Assembly: GCA_018826515.1 (NCBI GenBank)
Contig: JAHKAM010000063.1
Coordinates: forward strand, 26,050 to 90,049
Origin: Alphaproteobacteria bacterium
Lineage (GTDB): Bacteria; Pseudomonadota; Alphaproteobacteria; Caulobacterales; Caulobacteraceae
Length of the DNA stretch: 64,000 nucleotides
Reading direction: 5' to 3'
The notes beneath the pieces are model-generated. The model was given only the letters and a program-made list of their open reading frames with translations, was not told the DNA's origin and did no database searches. A program made the position numbers and the translations under genes. Below are positions 8,735 to 17,782 of this stretch, piece by piece (within the stretch, counting starts at the first letter, position 1; each line of letters starts with the position of its first letter).

Positions 8735-8752
8735 CGATCAGTCTTGACTGAT
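8735..8752. promoter_or_regulatory. Candidate TetR operator
   Basis: GATCAGTC-TT-GACTGATC, with perfect 8-bp inverted arms, lies in the divergent TetR / hydrolase intergenic region. Confidence 0.4.
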
Positions 8753-8783
8753 CAAGTGATCAATCTTATTTCGCCGTCAGTTT

Positions 8784-9527
8784 TTGGAGGCCGTCATGAC
8801 TGGTCTACCCACGAGCGCTCGAACGTTCGTCCTTGTCCATGGGGCCAGCCACGGCGGCTGGTGCTATGATCGCGTCGCGGATCGGCTTCGAGCGCTCGGG
8901 CACCGAGTCTTCACACCGACCCTTGCGGGGCTGGCGGAACGCTCAAACGAGGACGCGCGCCAGATCAATCTGACCACCCACGTCAATGACATCCTGGGAC
9001 TGTTCAGCCGCGAGGATCTTCACGACGTAGTCCTGTGCGGTCACTCGTATGGCGGCATGGTGATCAGCGGCGTGGCCGATCAGATACCGGACCGCATCAG
9101 CAACCTCGTGTTTCTGGACGCTGTCGTGCCGGACAATGGTGCTTGCATGGCGGACTACATCTTCCCCGGCTGGCGCGGCGTCATGCTGAAAATCATGGTC
9201 GCACTGCTGGGTGGCGGCTCCAGGGTCATCGCTCCGCCGGCCAGCTTCTTCAAGGTCAACAAGGCTGACCGGAAGATGGTGGACAGGCTGATGACTTCCC
9301 ATCCGTATCCCTCGCTGCGCGAAAGGATCAGCATCGGCGACCAGGCTGATCGCATTCCGGGCCACACGTACATCTATGCGACAGAGTGGGGGTTCCCCGC
9401 CATCACAGAACAGTTCGAGCGCGCCAGGAAGCGTCCCGGCTGGCGGGTGTTCGAGGTTGCGTCAGGACATGACATCATGATCGATGCTCCCGGCGAGTTG
9501 AGCGAGATACTGAACAGCTTGAACTGA
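8784..9527 (+). CDS. Alpha/beta hydrolase (esterase-like)
   Basis: FVLVHGASHGGWCY and the GHSYGG nucleophile elbow. Divergent from the TetR gene. Confidence 0.8.
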   Translation: MEAVMTGLPTSARTFVLVHGASHGGWCYDRVADRLRALGHRVFTPTLAGLAERSNEDARQINLTTHVNDILGLFSREDLHDVVLCGHSYGGMVISGVADQIPDRISNLVFLDAVVPDNGACMADYIFPGWRGVMLKIMVALLGGGSRVIAPPASFFKVNKADRKMVDRLMTSHPYPSLRERISIGDQADRIPGHTYIYATEWGFPAITEQFERARKRPGWRVFEVASGHDIMIDAPGELSEILNSLN

Positions 9528-9603
9528 CCTGGCAGGCCCGCTTCCCACCCATGGCTGACGTTGCCAGTCACCGCTTCTCGACCCGCCGTCCGCCTCCGTC
9601 TCA

Positions 9604-10230
9604 TCAGCGCTGCCGGGTTCGCTCAGCTCGCTGACGGGCACCGCGGGTTTCGAGATTGCGGGACTTGTCCGGCTCGGGGCGCACTCTCGCCCACGCCTGT
9701 TGGAGCAGGCGGGCCTGGGCGGCGGGGTCCGAGATGAGGGTGCGGACTACGACGGCGGCCATGTCCAGACGCCGCTTCACCTCCTCGCGCGTCGGCTCCA
9801 CGGCGCGGCGGCCCGCCCGCTCGGCCGGCTCATTGGCGGCCTGTCGATCCCGTTCGGTGGGCTTGTAGCCTGCGACCTCAAGGCCGAGCGATCGTCCCTG
9901 CACCCAGACCTCCCGGCGGAAGGCCTCGTCACCCGAGACCTTGATGCCGGACCAGCCGCGGTGCTGGGCGATCCGGAGCATGGAGGCGACGGCGTCCGGA
10001 TAGGCCTGTTGTGAGGACAGGGCCCGGCCATGGTCGCGGAACATCGCGTCAGCCGCCTTGTGGTCGCGATAGTAGCGCTCCGGTCGACCCTGACGGTCAC
10101 GCTCGATCAGATAGCGATCCAGCAGCTGGGTCGGGACATCACCCTTGTCGAGCGAGCGGCCGTCCGCTCGCGTCGCCGGTCGCGGCGAGACGCGGTTGAC
10201 CGGATCGGGCTTTGGCCGGGCGGCGCTCAC
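9604..10230 (-). CDS. LPD7 (large polyvalent protein-associated domain 7) protein
   Basis: LRIAQHRGWSGIKVSGDEAFRREVWVQGRSLGLEVAGYKP matches the LPD7 pattern. The gene is coupled to the virD4 stop. Confidence 0.55.
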   Translation of the reverse strand: MSAARPKPDPVNRVSPRPATRADGRSLDKGDVPTQLLDRYLIERDRQGRPERYYRDHKAADAMFRDHGRALSSQQAYPDAVASMLRIAQHRGWSGIKVSGDEAFRREVWVQGRSLGLEVAGYKPTERDRQAANEPAERAGRRAVEPTREEVKRRLDMAAVVVRTLISDPAAQARLLQQAWARVRPEPDKSRNLETRGARQRAERTRQR

Positions 10231-12080
10231 GGCAGACGTTCCCGGGACGGAGCGCCGACGGGGGCCGTCACCACCCGCTGCAGCCAGGCCTGCACCTCGG
10301 CCTCCGTCGCGCCGGGGGGCGGGGGCTTCAGACCCTCAGCCGTGAAGCGGCGGACGATGCTGTCGAAATCCATGTCGGTCTCCACCTCGGTCGGGGGCTG
10401 GGGTTCCTGCGCGAGCGGCGCGGGCGCGCGCGGCGCCGTCGGCGGCGGCGAGGGCGGCGGACGCAGCCGATCCGTGAAGCGCCGGTCGCGGTAGTAGACG
10501 AGCTTGCGGCCGCGCGTCGGCGCGAGGCCCGCCTTCAAGACGATCAGGGCCTTGTCCGACAGCTGCATCAGCTCCTGCGGAAGCATGAGCGCGCGTCTCT
10601 GGTCGGAGTCCGTCAGACTGCGACGGCCTTGGCCCAGTCCAATCGGACGGCTCCGGCTGCGTGCCCGGTAGGTGTAGTAGCCGAGGCGTTCGCTCAGCTC
10701 TTGGGCCACCTTCAGCTCCTTGGGCGCGAAGACGATCTCGAGGCCGCAGTTGGTGAGGATGTCCTCGGTCGCGTCGGGACCGTAGAGGGCGCGGAGCTGG
10801 GACGGGCTCTGGATGACGGGGAGCAGCCGCAGGCCATAGCCGGCGACCCAGGCGAAGGCGTGCGCCAGGACCGGGGCGCGACCGAGCCGGGCGAACTCGT
10901 CCAGCAAGACGAGCGTCGGTGGGGTGTCGGCCAGCGGCAGGGTGCGGCTGTTGAGATCGACGAGCTGCTGGAACAGCAGGGCGTAAAGCGGGGCGACCCG
11001 GTCCATATTCTCCGGCGAGGTCGCCAGATAGAGAGACAGGCGGCCGCCGCGAATGTCGCGCAGATCGAAGTCGCTCGCGGACGTCGCCGCATCCACCAGC
11101 GGATTGAGCCAAAGCCCCATCCGGGTGGTGATCGACTGACGGATCGAGGCGAAGGTGTTCTCGCCCGAACTGCAGAAGTCGGACACGGCGGAGGCGGCGC
11201 CGGCCGGGACCGGATCGCCGATCCGGCGGCGTTCCTCCAGCAGTTTGGGGAACCGCTCGCGCGGGTCGCCCTCGGTCAGCTGACGGTAGATTTCGCCAAG
11301 GGTGAACGGGAGGCCCGGCGTCGCGGCGACATAGGCGCCCACGCCGATGAAGCCGGTGCGGGCGGCTTCGGACCAGAAGGGGTCGGCGTGGCTGTGCGCC
11401 GGGAACAGCATGCCCGCGATACGCTGGAGCTCGTCCAGAACGATGATCGGGGCGGTGCGATCGATATGGTGGAGCGGGTTGAAACGCGCCGTCCGACCGT
11501 CCGGGGCGAGCGGGTCGAACAGGTGCACCTGTTGTCCCGCGTCTTGCCGGAAGCCTGCCGTGGCGTTGAAATTCTCCCGCTTGATGTCGAGCACCACGAC
11601 GGAGCTCGGCCAGGTCAGGAGATTGGGCACCACGACGCCCACGCCCTTGCCGGTCCGGGTCGGGGCGTAGAGCATCACATGGTCGGGACCTCCCGCGATC
11701 AGCAGGCCTTCGGCGGTCTGGCCCAGCAGGATGCCGGTCCGGTCCCGGAGACGATGGCGGCGCTGTTCGCCGCCCGTGGACCAGCGTGCCGCGCCGTGAA
11801 GGGGACGGCGGATGCCCAGGGCGATCGCCGTCCCGAGGATCAGAAGGATGAGGCCCATGACGCCCGCGCCGACGCCCAGCCATCGCCGCACCTCTGGATC
11901 GTGGCGGTAATAGAGAAACCAGGCCGGGACGCGGACCGGATCGATATCGCCCGAGAACCGGCCGAGGCCGACAAGGGCGACGAGGAACGTCCCGATGCAG
12001 AAGATGGCGAGCCCGGCTGCCATCCCCGCCGCGATCAGCGCCGCCCTAGTTCCCGGCGTGGCGCTTGCGAAGCGGGTCAT
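10227..12080 (-). CDS. virD4: Type IV coupling protein VirD4/TraG
   Basis: N-terminal TM helices and APTRTGKGVGVVVPNLL (Walker A-like). VLLDEFARLG (Walker B-like). Length is 617 aa. Confidence 0.9.
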   Translation of the reverse strand: MTRFASATPGTRAALIAAGMAAGLAIFCIGTFLVALVGLGRFSGDIDPVRVPAWFLYYRHDPEVRRWLGVGAGVMGLILLILGTAIALGIRRPLHGAARWSTGGEQRRHRLRDRTGILLGQTAEGLLIAGGPDHVMLYAPTRTGKGVGVVVPNLLTWPSSVVVLDIKRENFNATAGFRQDAGQQVHLFDPLAPDGRTARFNPLHHIDRTAPIIVLDELQRIAGMLFPAHSHADPFWSEAARTGFIGVGAYVAATPGLPFTLGEIYRQLTEGDPRERFPKLLEERRRIGDPVPAGAASAVSDFCSSGENTFASIRQSITTRMGLWLNPLVDAATSASDFDLRDIRGGRLSLYLATSPENMDRVAPLYALLFQQLVDLNSRTLPLADTPPTLVLLDEFARLGRAPVLAHAFAWVAGYGLRLLPVIQSPSQLRALYGPDATEDILTNCGLEIVFAPKELKVAQELSERLGYYTYRARSRSRPIGLGQGRRSLTDSDQRRALMLPQELMQLSDKALIVLKAGLAPTRGRKLVYYRDRRFTDRLRPPPSPPPTAPRAPAPLAQEPQPPTEVETDMDFDSIVRRFTAEGLKPPPPGATEAEVQAWLQRVVTAPVGAPSRERLP

Positions 12081-13056
12081 GCCACACCTCCGTCATCAGG
12101 AACCGGCCGTCGATCTTCTTCATCTGGACCACCACATCGACCATCAGGTGCAGCATGGTGCGGATGTCGTCGCGCGGCAGGTCGCGCCCGCCCTCGGACT
12201 CACGGACCAGCAGCGTCAGCTGCTCGAAGGCGAGACTGGCGGAGTCGGCATGCACCGTGGTGATCGATCCGGGGTGCCCGGAGTTGACGTTGCGCAGGAA
12301 GAAGAAGGCGGTCCCGTCGCGCAGCTCCTGGAGCAGGACCCGATCGGGTCTCATCCTCAGCGCGCTTTCCAGCAGCGCCTTCGGGCCGACCTTCGCCAGA
12401 CCCTGTCCGTCTTTCGAATAGACCAGATGGACGACGTTGCGCTGCGGCAGGATCAACTCGCGCGTGTCCTCGATCGTCAGCAACCGCTCGTGCGACGGGA
12501 TCAGCTCCACCAGGCCCTTGGCGAAGGTGGTCTTGCCCGATCCCGTCGCGCCCGAGATCAGGATGTTGCGGCGGCTCTCCACCGCCAACCGGAAGAAGCC
12601 GACCCACTCGCCGGCCTCCCGCAGCCGGATCAGGGCCGCGTCGGTTTCGTCGATCTCGCCGCCGCTTACGGTCTCGGCCGAGGCGAACAGGCCTGCGGCG
12701 TGGAAGTCCTCCAGACCCATCCGCCGTCCGGAAGGCTTGCGGATCGTCAGGGAGACCGTGCCCGCCGGAACCACCGGCGGGAGCACGATCTGGCAGCGCG
12801 CGTCGCCGGGAAGCACGGTCGAGCAGATCGGTCGCTCCGCATCGACATCCTGTCCGGTATAGGCGGCCGCCGCCACGGCCAGGGTGCGCAGCCAGCTTTC
12901 GGTCAGTTCCGGCGCCGTGTGCCAGCGCCAGCCGTCCGGACCTTCCACCCCGACCTCGGTCGGCCGGTTGACGACCACCTCGGTCACCGTCGCCGGTTCC
13001 AGGTACGGGCGCAGCGGCGCGAGATAGTGGTCGATGACGGAGGTGTCGCGCATCAC
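12046..13056 (-). CDS. virB11: VirB11 secretion ATPase
   Basis: ISGATGSGKTTFAKGL Walker A and GHPGSITTVHA His box. Confidence 0.9.
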   Translation of the reverse strand: MMRDTSVIDHYLAPLRPYLEPATVTEVVVNRPTEVGVEGPDGWRWHTAPELTESWLRTLAVAAAAYTGQDVDAERPICSTVLPGDARCQIVLPPVVPAGTVSLTIRKPSGRRMGLEDFHAAGLFASAETVSGGEIDETDAALIRLREAGEWVGFFRLAVESRRNILISGATGSGKTTFAKGLVELIPSHERLLTIEDTRELILPQRNVVHLVYSKDGQGLAKVGPKALLESALRMRPDRVLLQELRDGTAFFFLRNVNSGHPGSITTVHADSASLAFEQLTLLVRESEGGRDLPRDDIRTMLHLMVDVVVQMKKIDGRFLMTEVWHDPLRKRHAGN

Positions 13057-14189
13057 CTCGGACGCAGGCCGTAGACATCGGCGAAGTTCAGATCCTGGGC
13101 GACGAAGATGGAGACCTCCGAGCCCTGGGCCTTGCGCAGGGTCGGCGGAATGCCGATCGATCCCTGAAGGGCGACGGACGCGGCGTCGGACGGCACGCGG
13201 GCGGTGGACTGGAGGCCCTGGCCGCCGCCGGCGGCGGCATAGGCGGCGTCATCGACGATCGACAGCAGAAGGGCGCCGCCGAACCGGTCCCAGAACCGGG
13301 TGTCGATCGCGCCGTCGAAGCCGGATCGACCGAGCGCGTCGGCGGCCGGGGAGGCCAGGGCGATGGCGACGCCTCCGGGCGTCACCGCCCGGGTCCAGAG
13401 CACGAACAGGCGACCGCGACCGGGCTCCAGCGCGCCACGATACTCGCCCAAGACCCGGGTGCCTCGCTCCAGCAGGACCACGGCGCCGTTCTCGGAATAG
13501 ACGTCCCGGGAGATCAGGCAGCTCACATAGCCGGGGGTGGCGCTGTCCATCGCCGTCTGGAGGACGCAGGGCAGGCTGGAGCCCGCCGTGATCAGGAGAT
13601 TGCGGTCCGGGAGCCGACCGGCTCGCGCCTGTCCGATCGGGCTGATCCGGCGCAACTGGTCCAGGGCGTGGTCGGCGCCCGCCTGCGGGGCGACCACCTG
13701 ACCCGACGAGGCGACCAGCGCGCGGTCCGGCGCCATCGCCCCGGGTCGGCTGTAGGCCAAGACCGGGGCGCGGCGGGCGCTTTCGGCGAGCGCCTGTCGC
13801 TGTTCCGCGGCTGTGGGGCCGGACGACCGGGCGTCGGGTTCGGTCGGGCCGATCGCGGGGACCACCTCGCCTTCGTCGCCCAACAGGGGCGCATCCGGAT
13901 CGGCGTCCGCCGTCTCCAGCAGCGGCGGCTCCGGTCGCCGGGCGGGCTCGAACGGGGCGAGCTGACGAGGCGGCGTGTCCTCGGCCGGATTGTCGCGGTC
14001 GCGCGCATCGCCCCGGTCCCAGGTGGCGAACAGGAAGACCCCGCAGCCGGCTGCGAGGGCCGCCAGGGTGATCATACGCCCCTGACGGCCGCCGATGCGG
14101 CCGGCGATCGGGGACACGCCGCGATCCTGGGCGATCGGTGAATCCCGGGGCTCGGGGGCGAGCGGCGGGGTCGGCGAGTCCGCGGTCAT
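13053..14189 (-). CDS. virB10: VirB10/TrbI
   Basis: Pro-rich N-terminus with one TM helix. C-terminal TrbI-like region: LPCVLQTAMDSATPGYVSCLISRDVYSENG. Confidence 0.85.
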   Translation of the reverse strand: MTADSPTPPLAPEPRDSPIAQDRGVSPIAGRIGGRQGRMITLAALAAGCGVFLFATWDRGDARDRDNPAEDTPPRQLAPFEPARRPEPPLLETADADPDAPLLGDEGEVVPAIGPTEPDARSSGPTAAEQRQALAESARRAPVLAYSRPGAMAPDRALVASSGQVVAPQAGADHALDQLRRISPIGQARAGRLPDRNLLITAGSSLPCVLQTAMDSATPGYVSCLISRDVYSENGAVVLLERGTRVLGEYRGALEPGRGRLFVLWTRAVTPGGVAIALASPAADALGRSGFDGAIDTRFWDRFGGALLLSIVDDAAYAAAGGGQGLQSTARVPSDAASVALQGSIGIPPTLRKAQGSEVSIFVAQDLNFADVYGLRPR

Positions 14190-15004
14190 GACCGATCTCC
14201 CGTCACGGTGCGGTCGACGACCGGGGAGGCCGTGCCGGTACCGGTCGAAACGCCGCGCGGATCGAAGGCCTCGTTGAAGATGCAGAGGACGGAGCCGCCA
14301 TGGCGCAGCCGAAGCCCGGCCGTGACGCCGTGGATGACGACGAACTCGCCGCGCACGTCGTAGGGGACGAGCCGCTCCGAGCCGTCGCCGGCCACCTCGA
14401 AGATCGCCGGAATGGGCTGATTGCCCGGGAAACGCAGGACGGTGAACCGGCCATTGTCGGTGACCTCGCTCGGCTGGAGACGGGCGTCGCCCTGAAGCGA
14501 ATAGGCCAGGTTGCGCCGCCCCTCGACGGCGCCGGCCTGCAGTTCCAGTCCGACCAGCCGCGCCTCGACCGCGGTCGCCGATGCGGCCAGCTGGGCGGCC
14601 GCCCGGGCCTGCTCGTCCTCCGGATATCGGAAGCGGATCTGGTAGGCGGCGGAGCGGGCGCCGGGATCGCGGGCGACGAGCTCGAAGACGTAGTGGCGGG
14701 CCAGACCGCCCCGCTCTGTGACGACCAGAAGGTTCGTGGCCTGGTGGCGTTCGCGGGGCTTCAGGAACAGGACCGAACCCTCGGCCGCCACCTCCCAGGC
14801 GACGCTGTCGCCGATCGCGGCGTGACGGATGGTCTCCTCGGGCGAAAAGATGATCTGGGTCGCCGTGCGGAAGGCGCCGGAGATCTCATAGACCGCATGC
14901 GGTGCATAGGTGAGCTCCTGGATCCGATCGTTCGCCTGGGCGGGTCCGGCCGGGGGGGCGAGCGACAGCAGGGCCGCCGCGATGGGCAGGCTCAAGGGCT
15001 TCAT
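14186..15004 (-). CDS. virB9: VirB9 (signal peptide-bearing outer-membrane core component)
   Basis: The start MKPLSLPIAAALLSLAPPAG forms an ATGA overlap with the virB8 stop. The track ORF 14186..15289 is an over-extension. Confidence 0.85.
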   Translation of the reverse strand: MKPLSLPIAAALLSLAPPAGPAQANDRIQELTYAPHAVYEISGAFRTATQIIFSPEETIRHAAIGDSVAWEVAAEGSVLFLKPRERHQATNLLVVTERGGLARHYVFELVARDPGARSAAYQIRFRYPEDEQARAAAQLAASATAVEARLVGLELQAGAVEGRRNLAYSLQGDARLQPSEVTDNGRFTVLRFPGNQPIPAIFEVAGDGSERLVPYDVRGEFVVIHGVTAGLRLRHGGSVLCIFNEAFDPRGVSTGTGTASPVVDRTVTGDRS

Positions 15005-15690
15005 CGGATGACCTCCGGGTCGGCGCGATAGGACGTAACCTGGAAGCCGAGGGGATTGCGGAGGCGATCGGCTTCCGTCATCGGCGCCCGGGTGTAGGAA
15101 AAGGCGATGGTGGCGATCCAGTCGCTCTCGGTGACCTGCTGCGCCTGCCGGACCGTGCGCCGGAACCGCACGTTGGCGACGCTGTCGTTGATGAAGCCGA
15201 TGGCGCGGATGGAGACGACCGCCTCGCCGTTGCGACCGTAGAGGTTCTGCGGGCTGGCGGGGTTGGAGCCGCGGTAGAGATCGGCCCATCGGCGTTGCTC
15301 GCCCGGTCCCGACAGCAGCGAGACTTGCCGGAAGGCGTCCTCCGCCGCGGGATCCAGATAGCCCTCCCGGGCCCGGACGTACTGGCCGAGGAAGTATTTG
15401 CTGACCGCCTCATCATAGCGGACGGGAGCGGTCTCCTCCGACAGGCCCCGCACGACATCGACGGCCCCGGTCGCCTGGTCGACGCGTATGACGAAGGGCT
15501 CGCTGGTCTTCAGAGGCGTCAGAAAGGTGACCGCGGCGGTCGCCGAGACGGCAAGGGCCGTGGCGACGCCGGCGGCCGCCCATGCGAGGCGTCGGGAGCG
15601 CAGGGCCGCCGCCAATCGGTCCTGGTCCCAGCGTCGGGCCTCCGTGAAATACTGCTTCAGGTCGTTGGTCGGGACGCCGGTCATGCGCAA
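15001..15690 (-). CDS. virB8: VirB8
   Basis: YFTEARRWDQDRL followed by one TM helix and then a periplasmic NTF2-like region. Gene order also supports the call. Confidence 0.85.
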   Translation of the reverse strand: MRMTGVPTNDLKQYFTEARRWDQDRLAAALRSRRLAWAAAGVATALAVSATAAVTFLTPLKTSEPFVIRVDQATGAVDVVRGLSEETAPVRYDEAVSKYFLGQYVRAREGYLDPAAEDAFRQVSLLSGPGEQRRWADLYRGSNPASPQNLYGRNGEAVVSIRAIGFINDSVANVRFRRTVRQAQQVTESDWIATIAFSYTRAPMTEADRLRNPLGFQVTSYRADPEVIR

Positions 15691-15905
15691 CCTCCCGCGA
15701 CGGGAGCCTCTTCGGAGGCGTCGGGCAGTTCGCCGGCCGTCGGCTGGCCGCCCGTCTGGGCAGGCGGCGACGGCGGCAGGAGGATCGATCCATAGGGATT
15801 GGCGGGCCGGCGATCGCGCCCGTCGCAGGTCGGGGCCGGGTCCCCGCGACCGGTGGCGCAGCCGGCGAGCAGGCAGCTCAGGATCAGCAGCAGGCGAAGG
15901 CTCAT
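15681..15905 (-). CDS. virB7: VirB7-like small lipoprotein
   Basis: Lipobox LLAGC. Length is 74 aa. Position is between virB6 and virB8. Confidence 0.6.
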   Translation of the reverse strand: MSLRLLLILSCLLAGCATGRGDPAPTCDGRDRRPANPYGSILLPPSPPAQTGGQPTAGELPDASEEAPVAGGCA

Positions 15906-15906
15906 G

Positions 15907-16830
15907 TCAGGCTCCGTTCGTCGGTCGAATGGTTCCGCCGCCCTTGGGCGGCTGGCGGCTGGCTTCCAGTGGTCCGCGCGCCCGGCCCGAGTACCCGGAT
16001 CCGAGGGCGGCGGCGTTGGCGAAGTCGGCGAGGCCGGCGCTGGCGCCGCCGGCGATACCCGCCGCGATCGCCGGGGTCTGCAGGAAGAAGATCGCGCCCA
16101 GCAGGCACAGGGCGACGAAGATCAGGCCGCCAATCATCGGATCCGCGCCCTGGATGGCGCCCCACTGGTCACGCACCAGCGAGAGGACCAGCTGGAAGAT
16201 GACGATGATCAGGGCGAACAGGACCAGATAGTTCACGGCCTGGCTCAGCCAGCCGAAGAAATAGCGGCGGGTGGCGTCGAACAATGCGCAGGCGATGAAG
16301 ATCGGGCCGAGGGTGACCAGAAGGGCCAGGGCGAGCTTGGCGACGAGGACCACGCCGAAGCCGAGGGCCGCGGCCAAGGCGCCGATGATGAAGACCGCCG
16401 CGGCGACGATATAGGGCGCCGGGTTGAAGGCCGAGGCGTCGCGCGAGATGTCCTCGCCGAGCCAGGCGGCATAGGCGAAGAACTGGTCGAAGGCGGCTCC
16501 GACGCTCGGCGTCTCCGATCCGCTGACCGCCCGGGTCAGGGCGTTGGGCAGGCTGGTGAACAGGGGCTCGGTGACGAAGCTGGAATAGGCGGGCGTCGTC
16601 GCCAGGCCATAGAGGAAGGCCAGCTTGATCGAGCGGACGGCGAAATCCATGACCGGCTCGGCGATGGCGCCCCGCAGGATCGCGATGCCGTAGAGGACGA
16701 CATAGAGGAGCAGGGCGATGCGCAGCGGGCCGTCCACCTCGCCGATGACCGAGGCGAGACGCTCGCCCAGGAACACATTCAGGCGTTCGTCGATAAAGTC
16801 GTAGCTCGGCTCGAAGACGCGGAACGACAT
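15907..16830 (-). CDS. virB6: VirB6/TrbL polytopic membrane protein
   Basis: Starts MSFRVFEPSYDFIDERL and contains multiple TM segments. The N-terminal part of track ORF 15907..17133 is an over-extension across eexN. Confidence 0.8.
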   Translation of the reverse strand: MSFRVFEPSYDFIDERLNVFLGERLASVIGEVDGPLRIALLLYVVLYGIAILRGAIAEPVMDFAVRSIKLAFLYGLATTPAYSSFVTEPLFTSLPNALTRAVSGSETPSVGAAFDQFFAYAAWLGEDISRDASAFNPAPYIVAAAVFIIGALAAALGFGVVLVAKLALALLVTLGPIFIACALFDATRRYFFGWLSQAVNYLVLFALIIVIFQLVLSLVRDQWGAIQGADPMIGGLIFVALCLLGAIFFLQTPAIAAGIAGGASAGLADFANAAALGSGYSGRARGPLEASRQPPKGGGTIRPTNGA

Positions 16831-16832
16831 GA

Positions 16833-17057
16833 TCAGGGCTCGCCGATCGTCCGGGCATAGACGTCCATCCGCTCCCGGCGACGGGCTTCCGCCAGGCCTT
16901 CCCGCGCGGCCGAACAGTCCGGATGGCGGGCGCCCGCATCGCACTCGGCCGCGGTCCTCACCGCCGCTTCCGGATCCGCGGCAAACTCCGCCGCAGTCCG
17001 CTCTGGACTGGAACAGGCCGCCACCAGCAGCCCGGCGAGACCGACGAGCCGCTTCAC
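16833..17057 (-). CDS. EexN-like entry-exclusion lipoprotein
   Basis: Lipobox LVAAC. Length is 74 aa. Position is between virB5 and virB6. The GTG start overlaps the virB5 stop. Confidence 0.5.
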   Translation of the reverse strand: MKRLVGLAGLLVAACSSPERTAAEFAADPEAAVRTAAECDAGARHPDCSAAREGLAEARRRERMDVYARTIGEP

Positions 17058-17782
17058 CGGAACGTCCGTTCGTAGGCGGATTGGCGCGCGGCGCGCGCGG
17101 CCGCGGCGCGCTCCCTGTGGCGTTGTTCCTCAAGGCGGGCTTCGGCCGCCTGGGTGACGGCGAGGCCCTGGAGGCGGAGCTGTTCGTTCTGGATCAGCGC
17201 CTGTTCGGCCGAGAGCCGCGCTTCCAGATCCATCACCGCCCTTGCATTGGGCGCGGTGTCCAGCGCCCGACGCAGGGCCTCCAGACCGTCCAGTCTCTGA
17301 TCGGAGGCCGCGCCGACAGCCTCGCCGATCGCCAGGTCCCGGGCCGTTCGCGCGCCGGCCCGCTCCAGACTGTCCCGGTAGTAGGCGTCGGCCTCGGACA
17401 GGTCGCCCTCAGCCGGGGTGTAGAGCCGGGTCTGGCGGCGGATCGCATCGGCCCGCTCCGCCAGAGCGCCAAGCGCGCCCAGGTCGCCCTCGGCGGCGGC
17501 GCGCAGCGCGCGGCTGTCGGGGAGGGGGTTGCGCACCTCGGGCAGGCCGAGGCGTTCGGCCAGGCGGTTGACGTCCGACAGATCGTTCAGACTGTCGAAC
17601 AGGGCGCGCTGTTCCTCGATCTGGGCTTGCAGGGCCCGCAACTGCTCCAAGCTGGTCCGCGCATCCTCGATCATCTGCACCAGGGCCGGGGGATCGTGGA
17701 CGACGTACTGGGCATGGGCGGCGGGGGCGGCGAACAACAGGCCGGCGGCCAGGGCCGTCGCGGCGAGAGGGCGGAAGATCAC
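17054..17782 (-). CDS. virB5: VirB5-like minor pilus protein
   Basis: The GTG start at 17782 forms a GTGA overlap with the virB4 stop, and AAGGAG lies upstream. There is a signal peptide (AAPAAHA) followed by a helical region. Gene order also supports the call. Confidence 0.65.
   Translation of the reverse strand: MIFRPLAATALAAGLLFAAPAAHAQYVVHDPPALVQMIEDARTSLEQLRALQAQIEEQRALFDSLNDLSDVNRLAERLGLPEVRNPLPDSRALRAAAEGDLGALGALAERADAIRRQTRLYTPAEGDLSEADAYYRDSLERAGARTARDLAIGEAVGAASDQRLDGLEALRRALDTAPNARAVMDLEARLSAEQALIQNEQLRLQGLAVTQAAEARLEEQRHRERAAAARAARQSAYERTFR

Noticed and set aside
10212-12263. 683-aa plus-strand ORF (and the 515-aa ORF 10336..11883)
   Set aside because: Both overlap virD4, in antisense or in an alternative frame. 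Both translate to Arg/Pro/Gly-rich low-complexity sequence. The VirD4 frame carries the Walker motifs.
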